A DNA stretch of 64,000 nt from Tilletiaria anomala UBC 951 (GCF_000711695.1 NW_013547020.1:186001-250000); one strand, 5' to 3'; positions 38,544 to 52,642 are shown, counted from the stretch's first letter. Numbers and translations are program-made. The notes: generated from the letters alone by a model not told the origin.

Positions 38544-39274
38544 ATGTCTGGAGTCAACGCGCCATGGCTGGCACCAATTTATCTGCCCGGCCAAGAGCCG
38601 TTGCCGGAAGGCTACACAGAAGAAGACCGCGCGAATCTCGCACAGGTGCAAATGTGGCAGCGGTATGCTTCTGGCGCAATGGAGTCATGTCCAGTCAAGT
38701 GCACCCTGTCCGGAGCGGCAGGATTCGGTTTGGGAGCTTTCTTCACCCTTTTCAGCGCAGCTCTCTCAGCGGATGATCCGACTCGACGAACCACTGCATA
38801 TCTTCAGGCGCAAGCGGCCGGGATACCAGAACCAAAGTTGAGCACCGCCCTTCAGACGAAGGAATTTTTCAAGGACACGGGGAAGAATATGTGGCGGAGT
38901 GGTAAGGGCTTCGGAAAAGTCGGCGCTCTGTATTCGGGGATAGAGTGCTGTGTTGAAGGGGTGAGGACGAAAGCGACCCTTTGATGCCCTCTTCTCAATC
39001 GTTAACAACGCGTACCCGTGGCACTCGCAGTACCGAGCGAAAAACGACATTTATAATTCCCTGATCTCTGGCTGTTTCGCTGGATCAATTCTGGCTAGGA
39101 GCAGCGGCCCAAAGGCTATGATCGGAGGAGGTATCGCGTTTGCAGCATTCAGCGGCGCTATCGACCTATAGTGAGTCTGTGAGATGAGTCGCATGGTCCT
39201 ATTTTTCTTCATTGACTAAGATTGTGTGTTTTCACTTGGATAGCTTCCGCAAAGAGCCAGCGGACGACCCTTAG
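38544..39274 (+). CDS. TIM22: Mitochondrial inner-membrane translocase Tim22
   Basis: [52 protein letters not shown] and [13 protein letters not shown] motifs. Two introns. Confidence 0.95.
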
Positions 39275-39400
39275 GAACCCGAAGGGTGCATAGACATCTC
39301 ACCACTCAGCACCGACACGACCCCAACACCTGTACACTAAGCACCTGTATTTTTACACAATATCGGCGGCTATGCTACAAATGAGAAAAATCATCACATT

Positions 39401-42364
39401 TCACCAGGGACCGCCCGGATGTCCTCCCTGATAGAGATGATCCAAGAGTCCCCGGACTCCGGCTTGCTGACTCACGTCTGAGGTCGAGACCGTAGGGGGC
39501 CCAAGGCCATCACCCTCGTGTGTGATTGAAGGTACGGCTGCATCCTCAAAATCGCCGTCCAAGCTTGCTTCACTTTCAGTAACAGCCTGCAGCGGTCGCG
39601 ATTGAGTCGACTGCCCATGCTGCCGGGCGCCTCGCTGGCCTGCCTTCGTTGCACTTGCCGCAAGAATCGATACATTCGGCTGTTTGGCGAGGCTGATCGA
39701 GCGCATGAACGCATCGTCGTAAAACTGGGAGCGAGCCGCCAGCACCGAATTGACGGGCGTAAAGGGTAGGCCCGGTTCACGACGTGGACTCATCGAGAGA
39801 TCTCGGCCGCGCGAGTGGACACCAACTTGCTGCGACGCAAGGTCAACCATTCGTGACAGGTACAATGTCGCGGAAGGGTCTTGCGGTTGCCAGTCAGGAT
39901 GCGTCGCCTTGAAGTTGAGGAAAGACTGCTCCATTTTCCCTTCCCTCGATGCCATGCGCTGGTCCGCAGCTGCCGTAGGTGCGCCGAAGTGCGCATTTCC
40001 GTGTCGGTCGAAGTTGAATACGGCAAAAGAGCAGACGTAGCCAAGCCCATCAACATGGACTGTGAACTCGCGAAAGAAGTCGATAATCGCTGGCGCGCTC
40101 TTGGGAAGGGACCGCCAGAGGATAAATGGCGTCAGGATGACCGAGAGCAGCTCCCGAAAGAAAATGGACAGCTTAAGTGGGTAGAGGGTGCCGAATTCCG
40201 CGTGCACCTCGGCGGAATGCAACCTTCCCTGCCAATGCGATGGTTGGTAGTGCGTTTCGTCAATGACTTCCCTCAATGTGCTCTCCGGGTCGAACACGAG
40301 GTGCTCGCCTGGGATCATGCCTCTCGCGACGGCCGTAATCGCACCAAAGATCCCAACATAAAAGAGGACATTGCGTTGCGGAGTGATGTCAAAGTGCAGA
40401 AAGAGATCGGGATCGATAAGGGAAGCAAAAAGCAGGACAGCAGTAAAAGAACCGGCGATGAAAGCGACAAAACGCGCGAGAATCGCAGTTCTCTCTTTAG
40501 GGAACTGGTTGATGTACCGCTGAGCATGCGGATATGAGCGATAGCATCGTCGCTTGAATAAATGCGGCAACTCATTGAACTCTCGCAATTTCCATCGGGC
40601 GAATTCAGTGTACTGTCGCGACCCGAGGCTGGATGGGTCCTTGTGGTATTCCTGACATAGGAAAGAAAGCGTATCAACGAATTTTCCAAACGCTTTCAGG
40701 ATGACAACTCACTTCGAAATAACGCAAGAAGGAATAGACCAGCAGGTACATGACGATGAAAGGCGCAAAGATGCCATTCAACACCGCCATGAAGTAGAAT
40801 CGCCGTCGCAGACTGCCCAGATACGAAGGGGAGGATTGTTTAGATGTGGCGCCGTAAATTCATGGCATGATGTGGATGCTCACCCTGCAATGAGCTCCTT
40901 GCGGTACTTGTCGCTCACGAATTGCTTGCGAACCTGCCCTCGCTCGTCGAACAAAAAGTCAAGAAGACAAAACTGCAGATTCCACTGTAAGCTCTTTGTG
41001 AGTACTGGCTGCTCATCGAGGATGCCGAGCCGGAAAAGCAAGGGTATCGACACTGGCATGTTAATGTCCAAGACTTCCTTGTTGAACAGTGCGATGAGAT
41101 AGTTCTCCTGCCGCATGATGCGATTGGCTACATCATGTGCGTCCATGCTGTGAGCCCGGCGTTGACCCTGGCTCGAACCTGCTGCCTCGAATGTCTCAGC
41201 CTCTGGAGGCTCCAGCGACGAGATGGGATTTGATGCTCGCAAAGTTGACATGCGGTTCACGACCTCATTCCATGAGATGCTGGCGACGTCGGTGTCCGGA
41301 ACGTCTAGCAAGTGCGTGTAGAAGCGCTGCATGGCCCAAAGACGTGGCAGACCAATCGCAAAGCGGGCCACCTGCCAAGTGAACAGAGCGCCGAAGATCA
41401 AGTACGCAAGCTTGGTGAATGGCGAGAAGCGGCTGAAGCATTGCGGCACGACTACTTGTGAGAGCTGGCCGTCATGGGCGATGTGACTGTAGTCGACGCA
41501 GGAGAAGAGGAATGTCGAGAAGCCAAGGACAAAGGCGACCGTCACCAGGTTCAAAGCTTTGCCCAAAGCGATGCATATCGCGCCTTTGCCAATGTAGTAT
41601 GTGTACGCCTCCTGCAAGAAAGCATCGAGGTCTTCGATGTTGGCCCATTGCCAGAGAGCCCGTTCACGCGGTGACAGGGAGGACACAGCCACTTGAGACC
41701 TCGGATGGATCGGTGCTGTGATTTCGCCGACGGCCTGATGCTCAGCAGAAGTCTCGTCTGCATCAAACAAGGGTTGAGAGGCGCCGACCGAAGTAGGTAG
41801 AGCTACGCTGAGGGAAGACTGGCTCAGGCCCATGTGCTCCCTCTCGCGTTCAATGCGCCGGGCGACCTTGCGACCGAGGCCTAGAGCTCGCGAAAACATG
41901 CCCGAGTCAGCTGCATCTCTTGCCCTGTCCTTGCCTTTCCTTCTGCGGCCATTAGGCTGAGCATGTGACGATACGGACCCCGGGTAGTCGTGGTGATGAC
42001 CTTCTTCCAGAGTTCCAGAAACATGATCGGAGTGACGTGAGAGCTGCATGAGTCCCACGCAGACATCATCTTCACCATCTCCGTCGTCTTCCTCTTCGTC
42101 CTCGTATGTGGACCTTACGGCTGAGGAGCCCAGTGTATGGGCTGCAGCCGCTGATGCACCGGCCGTGCGACGATTGTTTATGGATGACGCTACATCCTCT
42201 TCGAACGGCGAGTCGATCACTGCAGGCTCACGCTCCACTGCGATGAGGCGGGTCAGCTTTGCCGGCGACCTTGGCGGTGCAACCACTTCTACAGATGCTG
42301 CAGAGGCGTGCAGCTCGCTTGGGTTGCCAAATGGTGATGGGTGTGCGTCTGCCATTGTCATCAT
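39401..42364 (-). CDS. ATG9: Autophagy lipid scramblase Atg9
   Basis: ALWQWANIEDLDAFLQEAYTYY, DAHDVANRIMRQENYLIALFNK, REFNELPHLF and IIDFFREFTVHVDGLGYVCSFAVF motifs. Confidence 0.96.
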
Positions 42365-43932
42365 ACACGAAAGCGACGCGTCACAACTGCTGCATCAATG
42401 TAAAAGAATGGGACCATTCAACCTGATAGGCGAAGTGCGACGTGGTCTGCATAATTGGGACACGGTCGAGAGAGCGTGCATGCACGTGTGACACGATCGT
42501 GTCTGCTAAGCCTTCATGATCTAATCCGAAACCCATACTCATTGAAAGCCTTCCTTTGATGGCTTCGAGGTACTTTGCTTTGCACTGAGAGCAAGATCAG
42601 CTACGACGAGGGTGGTCTTTCGCACACCACGCAAGCACGCCACGTAAATATAAGCCACAATAAAATGAATAGACATCTGCTTCCCCTTGAGTGCCCCTCG
42701 GTTTACATTGCAACCTGGCTCCATCCGTCATCACTCCATCCACATTTATAGGCGTCAATCACAAGATGATCTATGCTGGTCGTATGAAAACAAATTTGCG
42801 AAGGTTAGGATGGGCTGGTCTTATGATTGGCGTCGAAGTGGTGGAGCAGTGATTCTGACGCTGACAGCTGTTGGTGACCGTTCATCGTGCGCGCGCTTTG
42901 CCCAACGGCTCCTGTCCATGAAGCCACCATCTCTCCATAGTACGCGCCCTTCACCGCGTCCACTACAGCCCCAGCGGCTCGCATTCTGCGTGTTCGTCTT
43001 GTACTTTCATGCATAATCAGAATGTCGGCTCTGCGTCACAGAGCATGCTCTCTCAGTGAAAGACGGATGCTGCCGCTTGCAATCCACGCGACCACACCAT
43101 TCAGAGGCCGTCACCCCCGCTCCAGCTCCACAAACGCCGCGCGGACATATTCATGCCTCGTAACGAACGCTGCAGCGTTCACCGTCCTTTGTTCTTCTCT
43201 CCGATCAGCTGACCTAGGTACGTACTGAGTACTGACACGCCTGAGACCAATTGCGGCCGTTGGGATGATCCGCATGTCCTCATCTTCCAGTGTTCGTCAA
43301 ATGAAAAGCTCCGCCTGAAACGAGACCCCAACGGCTACGGCCCCGGCGAGCACCCAAGGGCCAAGGACAACTTGTACGAATCTAAGTGACCGTCCTTGCG
43401 TGCATGTACGACTCACGCGCTCCTGACGATAGGTGCCACACATCTGCATCCTCTAGTGCAGAGTGCAGACCTCTCAACCGGCGATGGCGTCGTTTCTGCA
43501 ATATTCGCGGTGTGCCGTTGTAGGCGGGCTATAGGGGCTGACCGCAGGAACATCTCAGCCTGTCGCTCAAGGATATCGAACATTGAGAGCTCGCATCGGT
43601 CTGACAGGGGGGCTGCTCTCAGACAGATGTGAGCTCTCAATGAGATCTTTTCGGTCTTTCACTATCATCGGCTTCTCGGTATAAGTATCCCACCGCGTTG
43701 CCCTTCTCACCATCTCCCTTTCCATTCCCATCCAACACCTCCCTTTCCCTCGTCCTCTGGCTCTCTCCCCCTGCTTCGCTTTCCCGTTTTCTCGAGCCAT
43801 TTACCAGGGTCTTCCTCTATCACAACTAGCCCTCCATCCTTCTCTTAGTGACACTCCTTTCATTATCTCGGAACGACATTTCTCACACGAACACACGATC
43901 ACCACCTCCGCCCTATATACGCTTGCGCCAAA

Positions 43933-46402
43933 ATGAAGGTTTCCACCGCTTTTGTTGCTCTTGCCGTCGGTGCCGCCTCGCCGCTCTTTGTCTCCGCAAG
44001 CCCCGTGCCCGCCGGTGACCAAAGCCCTTCCCTCGCAGGCAGCCCTGTCGGGTTTGGTTCCGTTCCAGACACTGGCGTCTTTCCTTCCACTGGGGGCGTC
44101 CACCCTGACGACCTGGTCGACCAGGCGGAAGCTCACAAGCCATCTGTCAATGCTCCTACGGCTTCCAAAGCTTCTAAGGCTGCTCGTGGCCTCCTCTCTG
44201 TTAACGGCTCAAGCAGCGGCAAGAACCCCAATGCCGGTCTTGGACTCCTAGGACTTGGCTCAGCGTCCAATGTCGTCTCCGGCGCTGGCATCTCGGAGGG
44301 TACCGTCGGTGGCGCCGAGAAGAACCTCGGTGGTCTCATCAACCTGTCGCACGTAAATGGCGTAGCGTGAGTCCTTTCTTCGGCCGCAACTTTCACCATT
44401 AAACGTTGACAACTTCATTTCCTTTTGTAGCTCCGGCAAAGTCCCCACCAGCAAAGCGCCATCTTTGCTCGATGTCGATGGCCCTAAAAACGGCCAAGAT
44501 GCCCACACTCTCCAGGCTACGCTCAACCTCTGCAGCCTCCTGGGTATCAACTGCCCTACCCATGTCCCTATCCGCGTCAAGGGAACGTCAGGCGGCAAGC
44601 ACCACGGCGACAACAAGAAGTACTCGGGCTCAGGCAAGAAGTCTGGGGGCTCGGGCAAACATTCCGCCGGCTCGGGCAAACATTCCACCGGCTCGGGAAA
44701 GAAGTCCAGCGGCGGCAAGAAGACCAACAACAAGTCTGCCTCCGGCAAGACGCAGATTAACAATCACGTTGGGCAGCACGGTGGCAGCGCCGTTGCCGGC
44801 AATGGTGGCACTGCCAATGGCGGCAAGGCTGACTGTTCAGTGAGCGGGGGCCTCATCGGTCTTTCGGCTCTTAACTTCAACAGCTGCAACGGCGGCCTTG
44901 GCGGCTCGGCCCTCGGCGGTAACGCTATTGGCGGTGCTGGCGGCGAGACAATCAGCAAGCTTCTTGGTCGTGATGCCACCGATGTCCTCTCGAACGTCGT
45001 CAACTCTCAGCACATTCCCGTCAACGCCCGTGCCATCCCCGCTGGAATTCCTGCTGGAGTTCCTGCTGGAGTTGCTTCCGGTGTTCCTGCCAGTATCCCC
45101 GCTGGAGTCCCCGCTACCGGCGTCCCGTCTACGTCTGCTCCTCAGCAGGCTCACACCCAAGCACCTCTCAGTGAACGCGCCAACGAGTTTGATGCCGCTA
45201 TCGACACGTCCGCTATCAATGCGCCTGCTCTCAACTCCCGCAGTCTTGCTCTTGGTGGCTCCGCCATCTCTGGTAACGGCGGGTCCGCCAAAGGTGGTGC
45301 CTCCGACTCGAGCATCAGCAACGCCCTGATCGGCATCGACGCCCTGAACTTTGGCTCCAACAATGGCGGCGCTGGAGGCCTTGCCAACGCTGGTAAGGCG
45401 ATCGGTGGCAAAGGCGGCAAGAAAATCACTATCCATCACAACAGCCGTGACGTCGCTGCCGACGCTGCTGCCGATGCCGCTCAAGTCGAGCAGATCGTCA
45501 ACACGCGTGACTTCCAGCTCGATGATAATGCCGACGGTCTTTCGAGTTCCTACGATGCCCGCGCGGTCAACATCCAGACCAACGCCGAAGGCACCGAGTA
45601 CCACTTCGACGCCCGCGATGACAACTTTGAAGTCAACGTCGATGTCCCCCAACAAAGCTCTCAGCGCCGCGCCCTTCCCGTAGATCCCGCTGCTGGTGCC
45701 TCGCCGGTTCTCGCTCAGTTCAACAATGCTGCCAAGCCTTACGTCCAGGTTGGTCACCGCGATCTGACCTTGGGCGCCGAGTTTGGCGACTCCTCGAGCG
45801 CACCTACTGCCAGGGACATCGCCTACTCGGTTGCCAAGTCTGGCGACGGCTACGCTGCCTCTGAAACTGACGGTACGCGCGACACGTCTGCTACCATTGC
45901 TCGTCGCCACGACACTACTGTGCACGAAGCTGTCACCGGCACCGATGTCGACATCAACAACGTTGAGAAGCGCACCTGGCAGAACCAGCAGGACAACCAC
46001 GGCAAGGCCAGCCACGGCCGTGTGACCATCGCAAACGGTGGAAATGGCGGCAACGCCAAGTCTGGCAATGGTGGTCAGGCCAATGGAAATGCGTCCAACA
46101 AAGGCCACACCGGCTCCGGCGCTGGCAGGGGCAAACAGGCTTACCACAGTAACACCCACGGGCGCTTCCAGACGATCACGACCGACAACGGCCTCATCAC
46201 AATCAACATGGAAGATCTGGAGGCGTTCCTTGGCGAGCAGTTGCTTGGCTACCTCGCCACGCACTCGCAGAAGTCTGGCAAGCATTACTTTGTCGCGAGC
46301 AACCTCCGCCAGAGCAACCAGAACAGCGGCAACGGCGGCAGTGCCAACTCCGGGCCAGCGCGCGGGGGCGATGGCGGCAACGTAAACATCAGCGAACACT
46401 GA
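43933..46402 (+). CDS. Secreted Gly/Ser/Asn-rich repetitive protein (~801 aa), possible multi-peptide precursor or surface protein
   Basis: Signal peptide MKVSTAFVALAVGAASPLFVSA. Intron 44367-44430 (GTGAGT..TAG) joins the two ORFs in frame. Strong C-ending codon bias and repeated GxAxxGNGGxAxGG units. Confidence 0.85.
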
Positions 46403-46824
46403 GACTACAGCTACTGTCTCATTCGGGCTCCCATTGCATAACACTGACCAGCGTTAACGCTCACCAAGATGGTTTAATGACGCCATGATCCTTCACGCCT
46501 TCCGCCTCGCTACAATGGCCTTTTCGCACTTCTCTTTCCCCTTTGGTTCCAACTCCATGACATGATGACCTAACCCTTGCGACCGCGGACCGACTCTTCT
46601 GTTCCTGCGGAGAGGGATGTTTGTTTCTTTTGGCCTTTGCCAGCACAGCTTTTATTCTTTGTTCCGATTGTAATGTCTTGCACACTACCTCTTCCATATC
46701 GCACGTTTCCCATTCTGCATTTCTTGGTATCTAAACAAAAATGAGCTTCTATAAATGTGATTCCATCATCGTGATCTACCTCTCCATCCACCAAAGCACC
46801 TGCACCTGAGCCGGCGCGGAAATA

Positions 46825-49699
46825 TCAAGCGTCCTCGGTGGGCTCGTCATCGGCTTCGGCGCTGGAGGGGGCTGCGCCGCGCGACCCCCACGGTCGCTCT
46901 GCTGTCGGCGTAAGCTCGGCGGAGCCAGGGGCTCGTTGCGTCTGCGAGGGCGTGTAGCTCGTTTCAGTTGAGACGGACGGCGCGGTGGTTGCGGCAAAGG
47001 AGCGTGCCATCGAGGAGCCTCTTGACGTCTCCGACCCGCCAAGCGTCATGGTCCTTCCTGCTGTGCTCGTCGCTTTGTCATCGTCATCAACGTCGACGCT
47101 GTGCTTGGCGATGGACGCGCCGGTGGGGCGTGCCTCCATCTCCTCTTCGTCGTCATCCAACGTGCTCGCCGCGTCTCCGGTGCTGCTGGCGCTGACCGTA
47201 TCCTCCTCTGTTTCCTCATCCAAGCGGCTCAGGATACGCCGGCGCGAAGGCGCCGTGGACATGACGTCCAGGAAGGGGTCTCCGGAAGGGGCAGAAACCG
47301 CAGCCGGACTTGCATCGTCGCCGCCTTCTCCGGGGCTCGTCCCTGCGCCGCTACTGTTGCCACCGCGAACGGCAATGGGTGACGACGGCCCGCTGCTGCT
47401 TGGAGCCAGAGAATCAAGATCGAGAGCAGTGATTTCCGTCATGCGCCGACCAGCAAGTGTATCTCGGCGCATGCGCGTTCTCTCCGCCTCGGCGCGCTCC
47501 TCCTCGTCTCTACTTCGGAAGGCAGAGGCCGCTGTTGCTGCCGCTGCTGCCATTGCTGCACGCGGGTCTGCACTGGTCGTCCTGCCAGTGCGTTGCTGCT
47601 CTGTTTGGGCGGTGACTATGCTGGTGCTGGAAGCGGCACGACGGCGAAGACTGGTGCCTGGCCCCGTTTCATCCTCCGTCGTCGCCCGGTAGCCCGCCGG
47701 AGCATTGGCCCAGGCGGCGTGGGGCTCTGCGTCGGAGTCGCCGCCGTTCTCGTTATCGGTGCCCATGAGACCTTCCCAGCGCCTTGCGGCTCTGTCCTCG
47801 GTCTCGGTGAGCTCTCCATCTTCGTCAGCTTCCTCGCCTCCGTCTTCTTCCGTATACGTTTCCTCGGTCGCCCTGCCCTCTGCTGCGCGCCGACCTGTGG
47901 CCGGCGCGGGCCGGCGGCGGCGGATGCCCTCGACCCAGCTCTCCTCAACGTGCAGCGATGGACGAAGGCCGCTGTGCAGCGACGGCGATGTGTAGATCGT
48001 CGCGACGGCCCAGAGGAAGAGACCGGCGAGCAGCTCGAAGCTGAAAAAGAGGGAGGTGAAGAGGAGGAAGGAGAGGATCGGGTGGTGGTACATGATGTAC
48101 CTGTTCGCACGGGAAATTTCAGGCGTTAGCGAGTTAGGGCTGAACAAAACACACGACGAGGGTGAATGGACGCGCATACACTGACCGAATACCCGTGAGG
48201 TGCACGTCGAAGCGCAAGGTAACACTATGCGTCTGCAGCTCGCCTCTGGACTTGGCGCCGTTGAGGCCGGCCCACATCTCCCCTGACCTGCCACCGTGTA
48301 GTCCCAGCGCGGTGCCGGCACCAGCACCGGCGACGCCGCTCGCGGCGTACCAGAAGCGATCCGCATCGGCCCGGCCGACGCTAACGATGCCGCTCTTGAC
48401 TTGCGCCGAGCCGGGCTTGGCCCAGGAGACGCCGGTTTCGTGCTGCTGCTGGTTCCTAGATCGCTTCTCGTGCTCTGGCTCGAGGAAAGCGAGCATCGGC
48501 TTGGAAGCATGCATAACTTTCCGGCGCAGGAGCGGGATGCTGATCATCTGCGTCGGGATGCTCCACGACAATGACGCGGGCCCGGCGGAGAGGAACGCAG
48601 GCAGAAGGCTGGCGGGCGACGCATCGTCATCGTCGTTGTCGAAGCCCCCACTCGTGCCACCGACTAACGAGGAAGCGAGGGAGCCTGTCGGAAGGCTGCG
48701 CGAGAAGAGCAGCGAGAGTGACGAGAGTGCGCGCACGGGCAGAGGCTCCTGCAGCAGGATCGCCTGAGGAAAACACGCGTGAAAAGTCAGGCTCGGTTTG
48801 ATGGTATGTAATACAATGGAGTTACTCACCGGCCGACTTGCTTTCCACACGGTCTCGTTCTTCTCATTGCGCAGGTCGAGCGCAGCCATAAAGTTGCCCA
48901 GGTCGATATTGGCAGCGGTGAGGGGTACCTGCAGCTCGAGCGTGACGTCGTACTCCTGGTCATCGGCAAAGAAGTGCGCCTTCGAGTTGAGTATGTCTTC
49001 TGCTGCTTCCGAGTGGAAAGAGTGGCGCGATTGCGCCGGCTCAAAGTTGAGGTACGCGTACGGCGGACGCGACTCGCTGCGGTTGTGCGGTTAAAGCTTA
49101 TCGTCAGCACGCGATGCAAACGTGATCTGCGCGCGATCCGAGAAACGCTGTACTCACCCATACTGCAGCCAGACCGTCTTTCTGAGGCCGACTTGGGGCA
49201 GCCAGACCCTGACGAAGCCAATGTACGCGATTATGGCGAACGCGAGCGCGGTCCAGAGGAGGGTGATGAGGACTCCGAGGCGCAGAGCAATGCGGTGCGT
49301 GCGCGGTGAGCGGACGACGTCGAGCACCAGGCTGACGACCGCGAGCAGCGGATCGTAGATGCACGTCTGGTAGATGGCCCGCGGCCATTGGGTTATGGGC
49401 GGGAGAGCGTCGAGGAAGAGGATGAGCTGCGAGAGGAAAGATTCTGTGGCGTCCGCCCTCCCGCCGCCGCTGCGCTTGGTGCCTGCGGCGAGGCTGTTCC
49501 GCGCTTGGCGCTGTTGCTGCTGCAGGAAGGAGGAGGAGCGTTGTGCGGCCATAGTGTACACATCAGGGTGGGGCTGCTGCTCCCGCTGTGATTGCCCTTG
49601 CGGCCGCGATGGCTGCTGCTCCTGCTCTGCTGCTGCACGTGGACTGCCGCTGGCTGCCCCGGCGACGGCCGAGTAGCCGGGCGGCGAGTTGGTTGCCAT
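46825..49699 (-). CDS. SEI1: Seipin (lipid-droplet assembly factor) with long acidic disordered C-terminus
   Basis: TM1 followed by VWLQYG, PPYAYLNF, QEYDVTLELQVPLTAANIDLGNFM and ELQTHSVTLRFDVHLTGIR|YIMYHHPILSF, then TM2. Confidence 0.88.
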
Positions 49700-50499
49700 G
49701 GCGACGACGATGGTGGGGCAGAGACCTGTTCGGAGGCACCAGAGAGGGTTGCTCAGCGGTGCAGCAAGCCTTTCTTACCTTCGCACCCAGCTGAATGACG
49801 GTTGTAGGCGAGAGTATCTACAGCTTGCACACCCAAAGCATCGACCCTGACCTTGTTCTTCTGGCTGGCTACCTGGCGCTGCGCCAATGATGATAACGAT
49901 GTTGTGTGAAAGGTCCTTGGGGGAAGGGTGGAAGCAGCAACCCTACTTCACAGCGGTCTCTCATACTCTCGTATGAACACACCTTGCTGTCCTGTCACCA
50001 CAAAGGACAATCTCCCTAATTCGCTGTGCCACGCTGGAGGCAAAGCCACCTCCAAAAGTCCATGGTGGTCCAAGCGCGCGTGTGTGCCCCACAGGGCACA
50101 CACTTGCAGTTACAGGCTACAGACTTACGAGGCGGCTGCAGTTCCGCCCCAGGTTCCGCCCCGTCACCCATAGGCACACATCAACTTCCGCGCGCTGGGC
50201 CGGTGCCACGACCCGAGCTCAATGCAGTTTACTATAGACAGAGCTGAAAGACCAACAAACACACACAGGCAATGTGCTGGAATGACCGCCCCCCCCCAAC
50301 GCCTTCCACGCAGTCACGCCGCTCCATCCATATGCTGGCGGGGTGTTAAGGACCTTCTGATTGTTCTTTCCCCTTCGATACCCCTTCAGTACTCCCCTTG
50401 GGTCCCTCGGATTCGCACTTCACACTTTGCATCCCATATTGCTACGGAACGACCTTCGCAACAGCAACAGCAAGTTGACTCTTCATCCGCCAGCCTACC

Positions 50500-52376
50500 A
50501 TGAAGTCGGCCCCCTTCGCAGCAGCATCCGCCGCGGCGGCAACCACCCTACTGCTCGCATCGCCGGCGCTTGTCCACGCTGACACCAGCGGCGCAGGCTC
50601 CAAGCCAAGCTTCGAGGTGAGTGCACGCTGGCGTCACTCACTTGATTTCCTACTTCCATCGCATGCCATGCTCGGACGCGTCTGACACTTCTGCCGTTTC
50701 TGATCCTCACGCACAGCCAACAAACGTTAAAGCACCTTTCCTCGAGCAGTTCACCGAGAACTGGAGCTCGCGCTGGTCCCCCTCCGCGGCCACAAAGGAG
50801 CAGTCGGGCGGCGAGACGTTCGCCTACAATGGCCGTTGGTCCGTCGAGGAGCCAGCCGTCTTCCCCGGTCTGGCCGGCGACGCGGGTCTTGTCGCCAAAT
50901 CGAAAGCATCGCAGCACGCCATCTCAGCCCAATTCGACCAGCCGGTCGATATGGCCGAGGCTGGCGCACAGGGAAAGCCGCTCGTCGTGCAGTACGAGGT
51001 TAAACTGCAGAAGGGTCTCAGCTGTGGTGGCGCCTATCTCAAGCTGCTCACCGAAAGCCCCGAAGGCATCCAAGCAAAAGAGTTCAGCGACAAGACGCCC
51101 TACACGATTATGTTTGGCCCAGACAAGGTATGTCGTCTTTCGTTTCACCACTCGGAGGTTTCGCGCTGACTGGGTTCTCCCTTGCCCTACCTAGTGCGGC
51201 ACGACCAATAAGGTCCACTTCATTTTCCGGCATAAGAACCCGGTCACGGGCGAGGTAGAAGAGAAGCATCTGACCAACGCTCCGTACCCAAAGATCTCCA
51301 AGACGACTGCGCTGTACACGCTCGTCGTGCGTCCGGACAACACGTTTAACATCCTCATCAATGGCGACAGCAAGCGGAACGGCACGCTGCTCGATGACTT
51401 TGCGCCGCCGGTCAACCCACCCAAGGAGATCGACGACCCGGAAGACAAGAAGCCCTCCACCTGGGTCGACGACGCGCGCATCCCCGACCCGAAGGCAGAG
51501 AAGCCCGCGGACTGGGACGAGAACGCGCCGCTTGAGATCCCGGACGAGACAGCTGTCAAGCCGGAAGGATGGCTGAACGACGAGCCGCTGCTCGTCGCGG
51601 ACCCAGAGGCGGCCAAGCCGGAGGAGTGGGACGAGGAGGAGGACGGCATCTGGACCCCGCCGAACGTGCCGAATCCCAAGTGTGAGGAAGCGCCCGGTTG
51701 TGGCGAGTGGGTACGCCCGGTGGTCCGCAACCCGGAGTACAAGGGTAAGTGGAGCGCGCCGTACATCGACAACCCGGACTACAAGGGCCCCTGGGCGCCG
51801 CGCAAGATCGACAACCCAGCGTACTTTGAGGACCTGGAGCCGTACAAATTCAGCAAGATCGGTGGCATCGGCTTTGAGATCTGGACGATGGATGAGGACA
51901 TCCTGTTCGACAACATCTACATCGGTCACTCCGAGGCCGAAGCGAAGAAGTTCGCCGACGAGACGTTTGGCGCCAAGTCCCCGATCGAGCAGAACATTGA
52001 GAAGAAGGAGGAGGACGCCGCGGCGAAGAAGGCAGCTGCCAGCGGCGTTAGCGGCGGCAGCTTCGTCGACAACGCCAGGCAGAAGCTCAACGAGTTCATC
52101 GAGGCCGCGCGCGTCGACCCCGTCGCGGCCATCAAGGAGCAGCCTGCCGTTGCGGGTGGCGTTGGCGCGGCTGTGGCTGGCCTCGTTACACTCCTCGGCA
52201 TCGTCGGCAGTCTGCTGGGCGGCGGCAGCAGCAGTTCCGGCGCCAAAAAGGCCGCGCAGAGCGCAAAGGCCAAGGGCAAGGAGGCGGCCGCCAAGGCCAA
52301 GAGTTCGGCTGTGAAGGCAAAGGACGAGGTCAAAAAGCGCACTGCGGCTGTCACTGATGACGCCGACGAAGAGTAG
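50500..52376 (+). CDS. CNE1: Calnexin (ER lectin chaperone)
   Basis: Signal peptide, [35 protein letters not shown]-domain repeats [22 protein letters not shown] and a C-terminal TM. Confidence 0.97.
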
Positions 52377-52642
52377 AGCGAGCGAGCCTGCCTGTGCATG
52401 ATTCTTTTCGCTCATGTCAGCCATTATATAGCTCATGAAAAGGCACGCTTCTCATATGCACGCTTTCGGCAGAAATAGGAAACCGATGGGGAGGAGTTAC
52501 AAACGGGGCACTTGCGCTTCCCTGTCCACTCATCGCATGTGGTCGCTACATGCAACGTAGTCACGATTGGTGCAATACATACGATACTCTAGTACAGTAC
52601 ACCTGCCCCTCTCCTGTGGCCCGGTTACCGTTTCGCGTTCAA

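Noticed and set aside
44837..46444. 535-aa minus-strand ORF opposite the secreted repeat protein
   Set aside because: Antisense shadow of a codon-biased gene.
51108..52436. 442-aa minus-strand ORF opposite calnexin
   Set aside because: GC-rich antisense shadow.
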